Assembly (NCBI RefSeq): GCF_964355755.1
Contig: NC_092672.1
Coordinates: 14,632,001-14,696,000 of the forward strand
Reading direction: 5' to 3'
Length of the DNA stretch: 64,000 bases
DNA from: Antedon mediterranea
Lineage: Eukaryota > Animalia > Echinodermata
In this document: piece after piece, positions 27,001-37,950 of the stretch
How the letters are laid out: each line of letters opens with the position of its first letter
How positions within the stretch are numbered: position 1 is the stretch's first letter
Program-made: the position numbers and the translations under genes
The notes under the pieces: model-generated
The model's database searches: none
Seen by the model: only the letters and a program-made list of their open reading frames with translations
What the model was told of the DNA's origin: nothing

Positions 27001-30000
27001 CATTACATGTATATTTTTAACATGCTCTAACCATTAATTCCTATATTTCTAGGCCTAAATCGACATGCACATTATATACTCCTTACCAAAAATGGTTAAC
27101 AATAAAAAAACATACCTTTCTATTCCAGCTGGCGATAACAACCTTAGGGGTATTTAGTGTCGTTGGTAAAATAGATTCTGCAGTCTTGATGCCAGATACA
27201 ATGTCAAGCTGAATTCCCTGTAATATATCAAAGTAATTGAATCTATAAGAATTGAAGAAAGCTTGTATCTGATTGGCTATCCCCAAAAAGAGGTCACACA
27301 CACACTTGAGTGGCCTATGATAACCGTTCACATGCCTCGCAAGCTGATCATATAGAGAACGACCTGTCGTGGGATTTTCTCAATAGAATCCGCAATTGAG
27401 CGGCCGTTTATATGATAAACCTCTCGCTAGCCAATCAACGGGTCGACCCAAATTCAGTTTATTGTATTTGTTGTCATTTTTTAGAGTGTTTATGTTATTA
27501 ATAATTCATAATAGAAATAATTATTATGACTTACAACTCTCTCAAGCATAAGGTCATTAGCTTCAATGATTGTATCTACCATCTCTTCTACGTCATGCCC
27601 ATGGCTGGGATCTAGTTTTCCCTTAATACCATTATCTTTTAGAAGCAAATTAACTCTAAAAAAAGAAATTAAATCAATATTATGTTTATACGGATGGAGT
27701 AGGTAAAAAGGGAGGCAGAAGGGGGACACAGGTATGAGTCTCACTTGCTCCGAGGAGTCTTCTCAGATACTGTACGGGGCAGTGTCAAAATTATATTACT
27801 CCGTGTAACTCAGTAAACACAAAGTTTGTTCGTTTATGTATAATCTTGTGGATTAATTGATTATTCATAAGTAAGCAAATGAATATTCATGAGTAGTACA
27901 GCAAAAACAGGAGATACGCTCCGTTGATTTTTGGAGTTAATACAAGCGTTTAAACAATAAATATCTAATTTGATTACATTCTACTGTTACTATTATTTAT
28001 ACCATTAGACGTTCAAAAACAAGCTGCACGCTTTCATGAACAGACAGTGGGTAAATACAGCGCGATGTCGTTGGTGGTATAGACACGCAGTGATTTTAAC
28101 ACTATTATTATTGAAAATTAAACGTCTGCGTGACAAAACCATACCTGTACCGTCATTTCCTGCCGCTGTTGTTTCAACCTTTCCTCATTCTGCACACACT
28201 TTAAAATTTCTGAGGTGAAGTTCCCAAGGTCGTTAAGTCTATGGGCACTAAATCTTGTGACTTGGATCCCTTTCTGACAATGATTTTGGTTAACCTTTCC
28301 ACAACCATGATCAGTGTTTCATAAACTCATCCCTTTCATCTGGTCTTTTCCCATCGGCCCTGAAACTCGGTGTAGTTTCTCCTATTCTGAAGAAACCACA
28401 ACTTGATCATACTGTCTTTTCTAATTTTCGACCTATCACTTGCATCCCTATTCTCTCTAAAATCTTCGAAAAGGTTGTCTCTTAACTTGTCAAGTTTCTT
28501 GAAGACAATGGCCTCAATGATGAATTCCAGTCAGCTTACAGGAAATCTTTAGCACAGAGACTGCTGTCCTGAAAGTTCACAATGACATCAAGGTCGCTGT
28601 TGACTCTGATTTATCTGTGTTATCAATTTATCTAGATCTTTCTGCAGCCTTCGACACCATTGATCATAACATTCTACTTAATCGCTTGATTGACATTGGT
28701 GTCTCTGCTTCTGTTCTTACCTGGGTACGTTCATACTTAACATCTTGACGCCTATATGTTAAAGTTAAATCTTGTGTATTTCTGATCCGATCTCTTTGAA
28801 CTTAGCAAACACTCTTGTAATTACCACGTTTATGCTGATGACACACAGTTTTACAACGAAAAAATGTGTCCACACTCTCATTACTTCTAGGCTGGATTAC
28901 TGCAAAAGTGTCCTGTGCGGACTTCCAGATACAAGTATAAACAAGCTTCAACTGCATCTTAACTCTGCCGCACGTTTGGTTAAACACACCCCAAAGTCGC
29001 AGTTTATTACACCAATACTTAAACAGTTACACTGGCTTCCAGTTCAATAATGCATTAACTTAAGTCATTCTCATTGTCTACAAATCACTACGCTTGTTCA
29101 CCTTTCTTGCCTGTTGTTTTCTGAATAGGCTACAGTAAGAGGCAACGAATTCATGAAAATTCAATTCAAATCAATTCAATTTCTTTATTGCTGCAAATGC
29201 CATCAAGGGCTAATATCCACAAGACTTAACTGATGCTAGCTGGGGTACTTACACACCGATCCCCAGTTAGCGGTGATGGTGTATCTCCATACTCCAGTTT
29301 CGGTGCTAGCTTGGTGTTTTTGTATTTTTGTTCTCTTCCTTTTGTTTTTCTGTTTTGTTTATTTGCGCTATATAAATCTATCTATTATTTATTATTAGGG
29401 TGCGTGGATGGAATGTCCACAATAATCATTTGTTCGGCAGCGAAACTTCCATGATGAATACACGTGGTAATTTCTTACCAGAGGGGTGCGCGTACATCAA
29501 ATGGAATTTCCACAACAGTTGTTCTGATCGTTCGGGCAACAAACTCACATGGTGAACACACGTCGTAGTACGTGTACATCAAAGGGAATTTCACAACAGT
29601 CGTTCGGGCAACAAACTTACATGATGAATATACACGTGGTAATTTCTTACCAGAGGGGTGCTTGTACATCAAATTGAATTTCTACAATCGTTCGACTCGC
29701 TCGGAATTGTTTTTCCAACAATTGATCGTGTGGCTCACGAACACACATGGTAGTTTCTTATAAGAGAGGGGTGCATGTACACTACACCAAATGGAATTGT
29801 TTTTCTACAAAGATCGTTCACTATTCTATACGATTGACTATAGGTTTATTTTAAATAAAAATACAATAGCTGACATTACGAATCCATAATCACCTCATGA
29901 ATATAAATAAGGCAAAACGTTAGTAGCGTTAGCACTTAACGGTTCAATGAACATGGTTACGCCCACCTCATTAACAAATTGTAATACACAGAATAACGTT

Positions 30001-33000
30001 AACCACGGCGCACCACGGTACACAGAGTAATTTTGACACGAACCCCAAGTAATATATATAAACTGTAGGTCTAGTGGATACAAAAACTGTGCGAGCACCT
30101 ACTGCAGTACTTTTGAGACAAGTAGGGGTTACACCACACCAAAGTGCCTTAGGCTGAGTAAGTATGAGAAAATATCAACTTAGAATTAATCTAAAATTAA
30201 ATTATAACTCTCTTAATTGAATGAGCAGAGGGATTTTCGGATACAATTCAAAATTCTTTAATCATCCTACACGGGGCAATTCAGTCATTGTTTGGCCACA
30301 CCCAACGTTCAATAAATAAGTAAAACAGTAAAATAGTTTTGTAGCTCACCTTGATAACAATTTTTTACTTTGGGTTTGTCTAAAATGCCTAAAGCTTTCA
30401 AAGCTACTGTAATATTCATATTCATCACCTGGTGCAGGCAGACCATTTGCAGCTTTCGTTGCTTTTACAAGTAGGCTTAGGGCTTTCTGTAATAAAAAAA
30501 AAAGTTTTTAATTTCATACATTTACAGTATGTATCTGTATTTATATTTTTGTATACTTTTTGTGTTTTCATTAATTGTGTTTGTCTGTTTTTATGAGAGC
30601 TTTTATTTTTTTACATTGACATGTATTGTTAAACTTCAATTCAATGTCAAATCAAGTTGGCAATTAAAAATGTTGATTATGACTTTTTTGTATTTAATAC
30701 TAGATTAGTTACATCTTATATAGTATATCAGTAATTTAATACTACTTTTAATATTTTGGACTTAATTTCTATATTGGGAGAAAACTCTATTCATTCATTA
30801 AAACAATTTTACAACATCGGTAATATACAAAATATGTAATAATACTAATATGTAAAACGTGATTTTATGTAATTATTTTGATTGAAAAATGGCTTTGTTC
30901 ATACAATTGCCGACTTATGGTGCAACTTGTTTATGTCAATCATGATCACTTTTGGCAATGTTTCAGACCCTATATTTTATAATTCTTTCTTTTTATACAT
31001 TATATAAACACATATACAAATAAACTTTATTACTGACGTTTGTATTAATTAATACTGTAATTACAGTACAAACCAAACCTCTGACGGGGACAGAAGTTCC
31101 TATGCAATTGAGTGATATATTTTTTGTGGTATATACCAAGTTTTTAAAGCTATTAGAACTACAATTTAATAACATAATTTATTGATATTGCCAATGTTGA
31201 TTTAATATATAAAAATAAATTACTAAAAACCATAATTTTATATACAATTATTATTTCAAAAACTATGTTATTTGAGCATTTGCCAAGCAGTCAACAGAGG
31301 GCATAATTTGTTTACATCGATCGCATGGCTAAAAAAATTATCATTTTCAGCAATGTTTTAGTCACATATATACTATACAGTTACTACTATATTTAGTTTT
31401 TCACGCTGCTGCTCTAGCCAGCTACTTCCCATGAGGACTACTCATTCAGAAGCTAAAGCAAGCAGCAATTATAGTATCTAAGGCCGACGTTTTGCGATTT
31501 TGTAAACTCGACTTATAATTTATAGATCCCAGCTGCTAGACCCAAAAAAACATCTTGGAAAAGAGTCTATGAGGGCTGACGGTTGAACGATTTTGGATTC
31601 TCGCCCTTTGATAAGTTGACGCGAATCAACAGACTGGGAAGAATTTTCATGAAGTCACGTTGTCTCTAGAGGGTATTCAGTTGCATGCCAACAGGTTGAG
31701 GTCACACACACAGCACATTAAAGTTCAAATTTGATCATTTTTAAATGGGCATGTGAATCATAATTAGAGAACTATCTTTGATTTGTATGTATTTTTGCGA
31801 TTAAAGGACATCTTTTAAATAATTAATCATAAATATATCTGAAGAAAGAACAATTATTAATTTTAAAATGTCGAGCAGCGTTTTTTGTAAGAAATATTTC
31901 TTGTTTTAAATCAATAACTGCTATAAAATCGTGATCGCCACCGTCAAGTAAAAAGGGTTGAAGTGCACCGGGATCTTGGTGTTCACATGGATGAAAAATT
32001 AACTTTTTCTACTCACATGGATACCAAACTATCGTTAAAAAAGCAAACCGCCTGCTCGGGCTGATGTGGAGACATTGCAAATATCTTTCTCCTCCAGCTT
32101 AATTTGCCATTTATACCTCATTAATTACTCTGTCCTTGGACTTCTGTTCTATTATCTACAACTCAATATCCCAAATACATGACACAAGAATTGATCAGAT
32201 TCATACTAAATTCATAAATTCCTCGGCCCAGTTGCCGGTTCTCTCAACACTAGTCAATTCTGGCAAGTACTAGACGCACACGAACCGACATGAATTTTTC
32301 TTTTTAAATGCCTAAATTCAAAGTTTGATTGTAAATTTGTCTCTCAACTTCATTTTTGTGTCCCTGTGCATAAACTTTGTATTAATAATCTTTTAAAAGT
32401 GCGGTTTTCTCGCTTTTAATGTCAATTTTAATAATATATAAATCTGTTAGTTTTCCTTGTTTTTTTTTTGTAAACCAAATGTATATTTTATGGCGATCCT
32501 GTTGGTCTTTTTCTTTATACACTGAATAAATTTTTTTTTAAACAAATAAATAAATACTTAAATTGTCTGTCAGACAATGGTTTTTGGGTTATAATTAAAC
32601 ATTTCTTTTCTGTTTCTATACGTGAATAAATATTATTTATTATACAACAAAAATTCATACTTTGATATGTCATAATTGTGCAATTGAAATTAAAAAATAA
32701 AAAATACTGTGAATCTGTAAAAGATGATGTGCTTTTTAAATAATTTAAATAAAAAATGATGTCTAAATAATATTACTTTAATATACTAAACAGACAGATT
32801 TCTGTCACTTTAGTTTATTTTATTGTTCGGTCAAGTCTGGGGATCACTTCATCAAGCCTAGATGCTTCAAGTGTCAACAAATTGTATCCTATTACAAACA
32901 AAACCTTTACTATTATATGGACTGTTTTGATAATAATTCAATGATTGTCTCTGACAGCGAATTACAGTATTATAATATCGGTCTAGATTGGGAAATACCA

Positions 33001-34048
33001 GAAATAATGTTTTGATTATTTGACAGTGAATTATTATAATACTGGCCTATGTTGACAGCAAGAACAACGTCATTATTTATTTATTTTACAAATTACTGTC
33101 TACATGCATCTATAATACTGTATTATCAGCAAATTTTTTCATAGACTCTCTTCTCCCAGACGTCCTAGTTTACAAATTATCAAAAACGTCGGTCTCTAAA
33201 ACTATAACTGCTGCTTGCTTTAGTTTCTGAATGAGTAGTCTTCTTGGGACGTAGCTGGCTTGTTTTTCATGCTACTTGCTTTAGCTTCTGAATGAGTAGT
33301 CCTCTTGGGACATAGCTGGATAAAGCAGCAGCATGAAAAACAACAATTTAATTACTTATTATTGATAATAAATACTCATAAAACAAATAAAAAATAACCA
33401 TTACAGAAAATAAGTAATCTAGCTCCTAAAAATATTACTTAAATCTATATAAACGACGAAAATGTATATCTTGCCCCATACAAAATAGCGCGACCACAAT
33501 AAAACGTGACCTAGCGCGACCGATAAATTAAAAGTATAGCTCTAGTAGCAGCGCGCAATACAAAATTCCGGAAGTTGATTTGATTTTGACCAAAATTAAA
33601 CATGACCTATTTCAAACGAGACCGATATCATCGTAAACCATCTATTATAGCAGTTTTCATACGGCACGACACAAACTTTTACAACTGAGGTTTATCGCAA
33701 ATACCTTGACTTCGAGAGAAACATTTGTATAGCACCACCGTATAATACAAACTTTATATACTGGTGGTGGCGCTATTGTTCCCAAACCCTTCCCATTATG
33801 CATCGCTCACGCAATTTGCGATAAACCTTATGTAAAAATGGGCCCGATCGTCTCTATGATGATAGTCCCGATTGTCCATGATGGCATGGCCCCGATCGTC
33901 TGTTTACCAAGTAAGTAGCCTTACCTAGGCTAGCTAGGTTACTTACTTGAGTATAAACGTTAACCTCTTCACTCTGCGATTCAATGGCTGTTGTTGAGGA
34001 ACTCGGTACTTTTGAATTATCATTAGGCCTACTACTAGGAGTCTCCAT
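1..34048 (-). CDS. EXOSC10: Exosome component 10 (RRP6/PM-Scl100), multi-exon gene; last exon truncated by the window edge
   Basis: Manually spliced with GT-AG introns and consistent phases; about 862 codons visible. PMC2NT region ([31 protein letters not shown]), DEDD-Y nuclease motifs ([43 protein letters not shown]), HRDC ([22 protein letters not shown]) and C-terminal FDYSQSD and QFDPN motifs. Confidence 0.97.
402..677. repeat. 56-bp minisatellite, about 5 copies
   Basis: Unit aatgtttgccctctaaaccagtgcatgttgagtttgagcatatcacctaaatcacc starts at 402, 458, 514, 570 and 626. Confidence 0.97.
754..818 (-). CDS. EXOSC10: EXOSC10 exon 20 ([21 protein letters not shown])
   Basis: 65 nt; strong T-rich CAG acceptor, GTAAGT donor; basic C-terminal KSxT motif. 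Confidence 0.82.
1942..2006 (-). CDS. EXOSC10: EXOSC10 exon 19 (...[14 protein letters not shown])
   Basis: 65 nt; QFDPN motif. Confidence 0.9.
4963..5095 (-). CDS. EXOSC10: EXOSC10 exon 18 (SKKRNP...[14 protein letters not shown])
   Basis: 133 nt; basic NLS-like run and DYSQSD motif. Confidence 0.92.
5354..5852 (+). mobile_element. ~500-bp interspersed element (HINE-like); inverted copy 31397-31905, partial copies near 33140-33340 and 34310
   Basis: 5' palindrome aagaaatatttctt plus cgctgctc; 3' stem-loop ending gagcagcagcg. Confidence 0.8.
7907..7979 (-). pseudogene. tRNA-like sequence (Asp-like, ATC anticodon) inside a repeat unit
   Basis: Intact D, anticodon (TCTGC/GCAGA) and T arms, A and B boxes, T5 terminator; two acceptor-stem mismatches. 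Confidence 0.6.
8403..8573 (-). CDS. EXOSC10: EXOSC10 exon 17 (SPYVWRLKK...PLRKKFK)
   Basis: 171 nt charged low-conservation exon, phase 0/0. Confidence 0.8.
9245..11072. repeat. 43-bp minisatellite, about 42 copies
   Basis: Unit ggctagcaagcgatagtagtctagctatcaactaggtgttgta, near-perfect copies. Confidence 0.98.
11558..11674 (-). CDS. EXOSC10: EXOSC10 exon 16 (YLPCNKPG...)
   Basis: 117 nt, AAG acceptor, GTAAGT donor. Confidence 0.82.
11818..12488 (+). mobile_element. Helentron-associated (HINE/Tsp-like) element; inverted partial copy at 36379-36725
   Basis: 5' subterminal atacctctgcc, (ACAA)n microsatellite, 3' hairpin tacctccttggcggaggta. Confidence 0.75.
12772..12944 (-). CDS. EXOSC10: EXOSC10 exon 15 (...LKSPFEM)
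   Basis: 173 nt; PFxM continues into YLP of the next exon. Confidence 0.85.
13179..13329 (-). CDS. EXOSC10: EXOSC10 exon 14 (...[10 protein letters not shown]...)
   Basis: 151 nt open frame with PHD tripeptide; good splice sites. Confidence 0.88.
14085..14196 (-). CDS. EXOSC10: EXOSC10 exon 13 ([15 protein letters not shown]...)
   Basis: 112 nt; ACCNPxPPLVRQ motif. Confidence 0.96.
14728..14846 (-). CDS. EXOSC10: EXOSC10 exon 12 (HRDC: [25 protein letters not shown])
   Basis: 119 nt, CAG acceptor, GTAAG donor. Confidence 0.96.
14960..15994. repeat. 44-bp minisatellite (three ~15-bp subunits), about 23 copies
   Basis: Unit gtagttgtctgaagggtaattgccagggagtaattgtctggatg. Confidence 0.97.
16251..16553 (-). 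mobile_element. Full-length tRNA-derived SINE with L2-type tail
   Basis: A box TGGCGCAGTG, B box GGTTCGAATCC, central ccacccaggtgtataaatgggtacc, tail tgtaaagcgc...gcgctatataaat. Confidence 0.88.
16583..16663 (-). CDS. EXOSC10: EXOSC10 exon 11 ([13 protein letters not shown]...LNRKQ)
   Basis: 81 nt, phase 0/0. Confidence 0.93.
17242..17398 (-). CDS. EXOSC10: EXOSC10 exon 10 ([21 protein letters not shown]...)
   Basis: 157 nt; ExoIII YxxxD motif. Confidence 0.97.
17602..17792 (-). CDS. EXOSC10: EXOSC10 exon 9 (VFHGADMD...LADWRIR)
   Basis: 191 nt; ExoII motif. Confidence 0.97.
17834..17971 (+). mobile_element. 5' half of the same SINE family, opposite orientation
   Basis: Aligns by eye to the reverse complement of 16395-16553. 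Confidence 0.88.
17972..19060 (+). mobile_element. CR1/L2-group LINE RT fragment
   Basis: ORF 18104-18916: [31 protein letters not shown]; frameshifted at both ends. Confidence 0.93.
21316..21459 (-). CDS. EXOSC10: EXOSC10 exon 8 ([18 protein letters not shown]...FTDPTIVK)
   Basis: 144 nt, phase 0/0. Confidence 0.97.
22000..24260 (+). mobile_element. 5'-truncated CR1/L2-group (Crack-like) LINE with open RT frame
   Basis: ORF 22596-23963: [35 protein letters not shown]; 3' UTR ending in AATAAA near 24240. Confidence 0.95.
24265..25570 (+). mobile_element. Older, degraded copy of a related LINE
   Basis: Frameshifted [31 protein letters not shown]; AATAAA at 25561. Confidence 0.9.
25638..25824 (-). 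CDS. EXOSC10: EXOSC10 exon 7 (HPYEFE...EFAVDLE)
   Basis: 187 nt; HPY motif and ExoI D-L-E. Confidence 0.96.
25934..26081. repeat. 71-bp tandem duplication
   Basis: Two copies starting at 25934 and 26005. Confidence 0.85.
26316..26397 (-). CDS. EXOSC10: EXOSC10 exon 6 ([17 protein letters not shown]...)
   Basis: 82 nt; phases 1 and 2 fit both neighbours; FIH motif. Confidence 0.85.
26827..26989 (-). CDS. EXOSC10: EXOSC10 exon 5 (...[33 protein letters not shown])
   Basis: 163 nt; RPQL and KPNA motifs. Confidence 0.95.
27116..27217 (-). CDS. EXOSC10: EXOSC10 exon 4 (GIQLDIVSG...VIASWNRK)
   Basis: 102 nt, CAG acceptor, GTATG donor; conserved SWN. Confidence 0.95.
27535..27655 (-). CDS. EXOSC10: EXOSC10 exon 3 (...[12 protein letters not shown])
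   Basis: 121 nt, TAG acceptor, GTAAGT donor. Confidence 0.95.
27777..30046. mobile_element. TIR element carrying a nested L2 fragment and internal tandem repeats
   Basis: Ends ggggcagtgtcaaaatta / taattttgacacgaacccc; left arm also present inverted at about 19850-20083. Confidence 0.65.
28195..29095 (+). mobile_element. Degraded L2 LINE fragment
   Basis: [46 protein letters not shown]. Confidence 0.92.
30350..30486 (-). CDS. EXOSC10: EXOSC10 exon 2 ([29 protein letters not shown]...)
   Basis: 137 nt, CAG acceptor, GTGAG donor; PMC2NT motif. Confidence 0.95.
31397..31905 (-). mobile_element. Inverted copy of the 5354-5852 element
   Basis: Collinear reverse-complement match along the whole length. 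Confidence 0.85.
31930..32540 (+). mobile_element. Degraded CR1-like LINE 3' fragment
   Basis: [16 protein letters not shown] and [10 protein letters not shown] motifs; (TAAA)n tail. Confidence 0.75.
33947..34048 (-). CDS. EXOSC10: EXOSC10 coding exon 1 (METPSSRP...VNVYTQ)
   Basis: ATG at 34048, donor GTAAGT, phase 0 matches exon 2; GC-richer sequence upstream. Confidence 0.85.
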
Positions 34049-34629
34049 GCTACTCTACACCAAAAACAGATACACAAAATAGTTACACAAGATAAAGATT
34101 GGTGGTACACTTTTGTTGCATGCACGACGCGAGTGAGTAGCGGGGGCAGGCATGGATGGTGGATCGAGGTGACACACCACACACATGGCATGAGTAGTAT
34201 GGAGCGCCGTTACTGCCTTTGTGAGTCCAACATAGCGACACTACAGTATGTGTCCATAAAATAGAGAGACGTACCTCCCTGGACTGGAATGTAGGCTGTG
34301 TCCGAAATAGAACAAGAAATATTTCTTAGAAAAAACGCCACTCGACTTTTTGACGTAACAGTTTAATTTATTGTTTTTTCTTCTTTAAAATGATGCATTT
34401 TTTCAATTGATATTCCATTTAATAACCCATTATCTGAAATGATCATAAAGCAGAGACTACTATCTGGTATTTGATACCTAACTGTTTTGAGGATGTAGGC
34501 CTATATGGTATTGGGGAACCTAGATTTTTCTAAATTTGCTTAGCTCCATTCCAACCATGGTACGTGGGCTGGTTTTGTAGACTTCTAGTTTTTAACTTTC
34601 ATGATTATACCAATGTAGTGGTGACAACA

Positions 34630-35112
34630 AAATTGTTTTATACCATGTACCACCATGATCCAAAGTATTATGTCTTTCTGTTTGATATGCAATTATGAAA
34701 ATATTAATAAAAAAGATAAAAAGAAATTGAATCGCATTACAAGGAAAGCTGAATATATTGTTAAAGATCCGTTGGTGCAGTTAGAAGAAATATACATAGA
34801 TTGGATAGTGAAGGCAGCTCATAAAATAATTAAGGATGTTGATCATCCCCTTAGCAAATACTTTATTATCAAACGCAATGGTAGAATACATGTTCCAATA
34901 ACTAAGACAAACAGATCGAGATATGCCTTTGTTGCAAATGCTATTCATATAATTAATTCACGTCACCATCGATAAAATGTTATGTAATACAAGACTATGT
35001 AAACAATGAAACTTTTAAACGTAAATTTTTTCAATTTATAAATGTTTTCATATTTTTAATATTTTTAAACGTTTTGATGATGATGGACAAATAAAGCATT
35101 TCAGTATTCAGT
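34630..35112 (+). mobile_element. Rex1/Babar-type LINE 3' end
   Basis: ORF 34655-34975 (KKLNRITRKA, DVDHP, TKTNRSRYAFV), AATAAA and short-repeat tail. Confidence 0.78.
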
Positions 35113-35770
35113 AGTGTATAATTGAAATTTCCGGGGACCTAGCAGCTCTATTTTATCAGAACAGCCCAAGGGCCTAGTGTTGCTCGCTAGTAGGCCTAAC
35201 CACACCCAACCACCCCATAGAATTTGTCCCCCGTGTCGGGAAGATCCTGGAACTTGGAGGTGGTTCCATGTAAAATCAGAAAGGCCTATTTACGCCTAAT
35301 AATTTCGTTATTAATATACTTAACAGTTCTATATTAAGTGGTGTTTTCATAAAGAAAGGTGACCTTCATAGAAGTAGCCTACATTTACTTGGATTAAGTT
35401 TCATAAAATTTCAATTTGCTCAAACTGTCGAGTCCATTCTATCTGCATATTGCGTCTATTAATATCGTTTTTAAATGTGGACTTGGTCATCATCATATCA
35501 TCAACATAATACTTAAGAGTGGTAATATTATTTGATGTCTGGTCTAGCACCAGGTGCCTGCAACTTAGGTATTAATATATTATGATTAATGTTATCGAAT
35601 GATTGCTATAATCTGTTATTAATGGCCTAGAAATTGAATGGGGCTTTTCGGTGTGTTTTTCTAACGTATCTACTAGTTTAATGAGGTACTGGCACTATCG
35701 GTTCAAACTCGGCAATTTTCAACAAACAGGTAAATTACCGGAGTCATCTGAACATGCCAGTAAAAATAAA

Positions 35771-36129
35771 AGGCCCATTTACATTAGGACGATAACGATC
35801 GACGATAAATAGATAAAGGCATTTTTCATACATAAAACAAACAAAAAATAATAAAAACTTTTCATTCTTTTGATGAAAATGATATTTTCACACGTCCAAT
35901 CAAATGACGTCATGATTAGTAAGAGCAATAATATCGTGATTTTATTGTTTTTATGTATCATGACGTCATATGATTGGAACTTTTAAAATATTATTTTTAT
36001 CAAAGACAGCATGATTACAATGATTATCCTATAATTCTAGAACGAAAATCTAACTTCTTTTGTTTTATGTAAAAAAATGCATGCTTATATATTTATCGTC
36101 GATCGTTATCGTCCTAGTGTAAATGCCTT
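35771..36129. mobile_element. MITE with ~40-bp TIRs (Harbinger-like)
   Basis: catttacattaggacgataacgatcgacgataaata and its reverse complement. Confidence 0.82.
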
Positions 36130-37841
36130 TAAAATAATTTAAAGAATTTTGTTTGCGTGTACCCATTTAGACGGCGCGTGTTTTTTTCTCTTATACATTC
36201 ACAATACATAAAATTATTTAATTAAATATACATAGGCATTTGCTTTTATATTTGACTCCATTTACATTTATTTCAAAACAGTGTTGTTGGTCATATGAAA
36301 GAAAGTTAAACTGTTACATTTAGGCCTAGATACTTTAAAAGTAAGTACACAATATTGCTCTAATAAAGGTGATATTGTTTACCCTCGCCAAGGAGGTAGG
36401 ATCGAGTGTGTTTGTCTGTTTGATTGTTTGTTAGCAGGATTACTCAAAAAGTTATTGCAACATGGAGCAAGATCTTTACCAAAATGAAAATACAGATAGA
36501 TATATGGTTAAGGACCACTCCGGACCAGTGTCATTCTGGACCACTTTTTAGTACAGTATTATTTTCAGACCTGCTAGTGTTAAAAGAAAGCCGGCGAGTA
36601 GTCTTAAAGTAACAAGTAAACTGAGATTGCATTTTCTCAAGAAATACTTAAAAACCTCATTTTTGTACAAGAGGCAAGATTTATAATTTGTGATTTGTAA
36701 TTTTAAACCATAATTTGATTTAATGTAGGCCTATATGTTGTCTTGATCACGTACAACAAATCAAACTTAGCCTTCATATGAGCAAATGAGCATAATGTAA
36801 ATTAACTATAAACCCATATTTTCACAATTTGTGGCAAACCCTTCTTTACCCAATATGAAAGATCAAATACCACAACATTAACATTTGTCCAAAAAAATCA
36901 TCTTTTTTGGAAATTTAGCTTAATAATCGACTACCCTTAATTTCTATTCTAACCACGAACAATATAACAGATCACTGACCTTTGAAAATTACATCATATT
37001 GTCTGAAATGTATATATGTAAGAGATACAGACTGTTATGTGGCGATACAGTATGCATACCCGAAACCTCGGGGAAAAAGACCCGTTCGAAAAGAAGGCCT
37101 CCCTCTTTGATCTGCAAAAGTATAATATCGAAAAGAAGCTATTTCGAAATCCAGCCCACTGGGGTTCTTTCCAACAGCGAGTACTCGCCAACTTACAGGA
37201 TATAACCATGGAGGAAATATGTATGTATGTATTTCCTCCATGATATAACTAACCCTAACTATTTTATAATTTTAATTTTATCATGTTTATAAACTAAGTT
37301 GTCATTTTGATGCTTAAGGAGTAGAGTTGAATCGTGAAGGAACCCTTGACCTTTGAATTGAAGGCAAGCACGTTTAAACCACCACGCTACAGCTCCACTC
37401 CAATGGAGTTTTCAAGATAGTATGGGCTTCTTTTCGAGAGACTGTTTGTATAAAAGAGTAGGCTTACCCATAGAGATATATAATATCTCTATGGCCTACC
37501 TAAAAGAGATAAATATAAATGTGAACACGCTGCAAAATGTGATGGACTCATTCTACTAAAAAAAAGCCCAGAACGCTGAATTGAAAAAAATGCATCTCAA
37601 ATAAAAGTCCGGGATCGGATGGATTAATTGTTGAATTCAAGAACATTTTTTGATAAAATTAAACAGATTTTATGCAATTCTTTAAATTATTTTAGTCCTA
37701 TAACGAATTGCAATAATAACTCTATTGAGATGAGAGAGTAAATTAAGAAAATAGGAGACGAATTACCCTACTTTAAACGTAGATTGTAAAATTATGGCCC
37801 ATGCACTTTCTAACCGAATGCATGAATTTATTGGTGCAATG

Positions 37842-37950
<109 letters not shown>

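Noticed and set aside
37249-37259. CTAACCCTAAC, identical to the vertebrate telomerase RNA template
   Set aside because: It is followed by very AT-rich sequence with no visible pseudoknot or H/ACA domain, and the motif is common in repeats.
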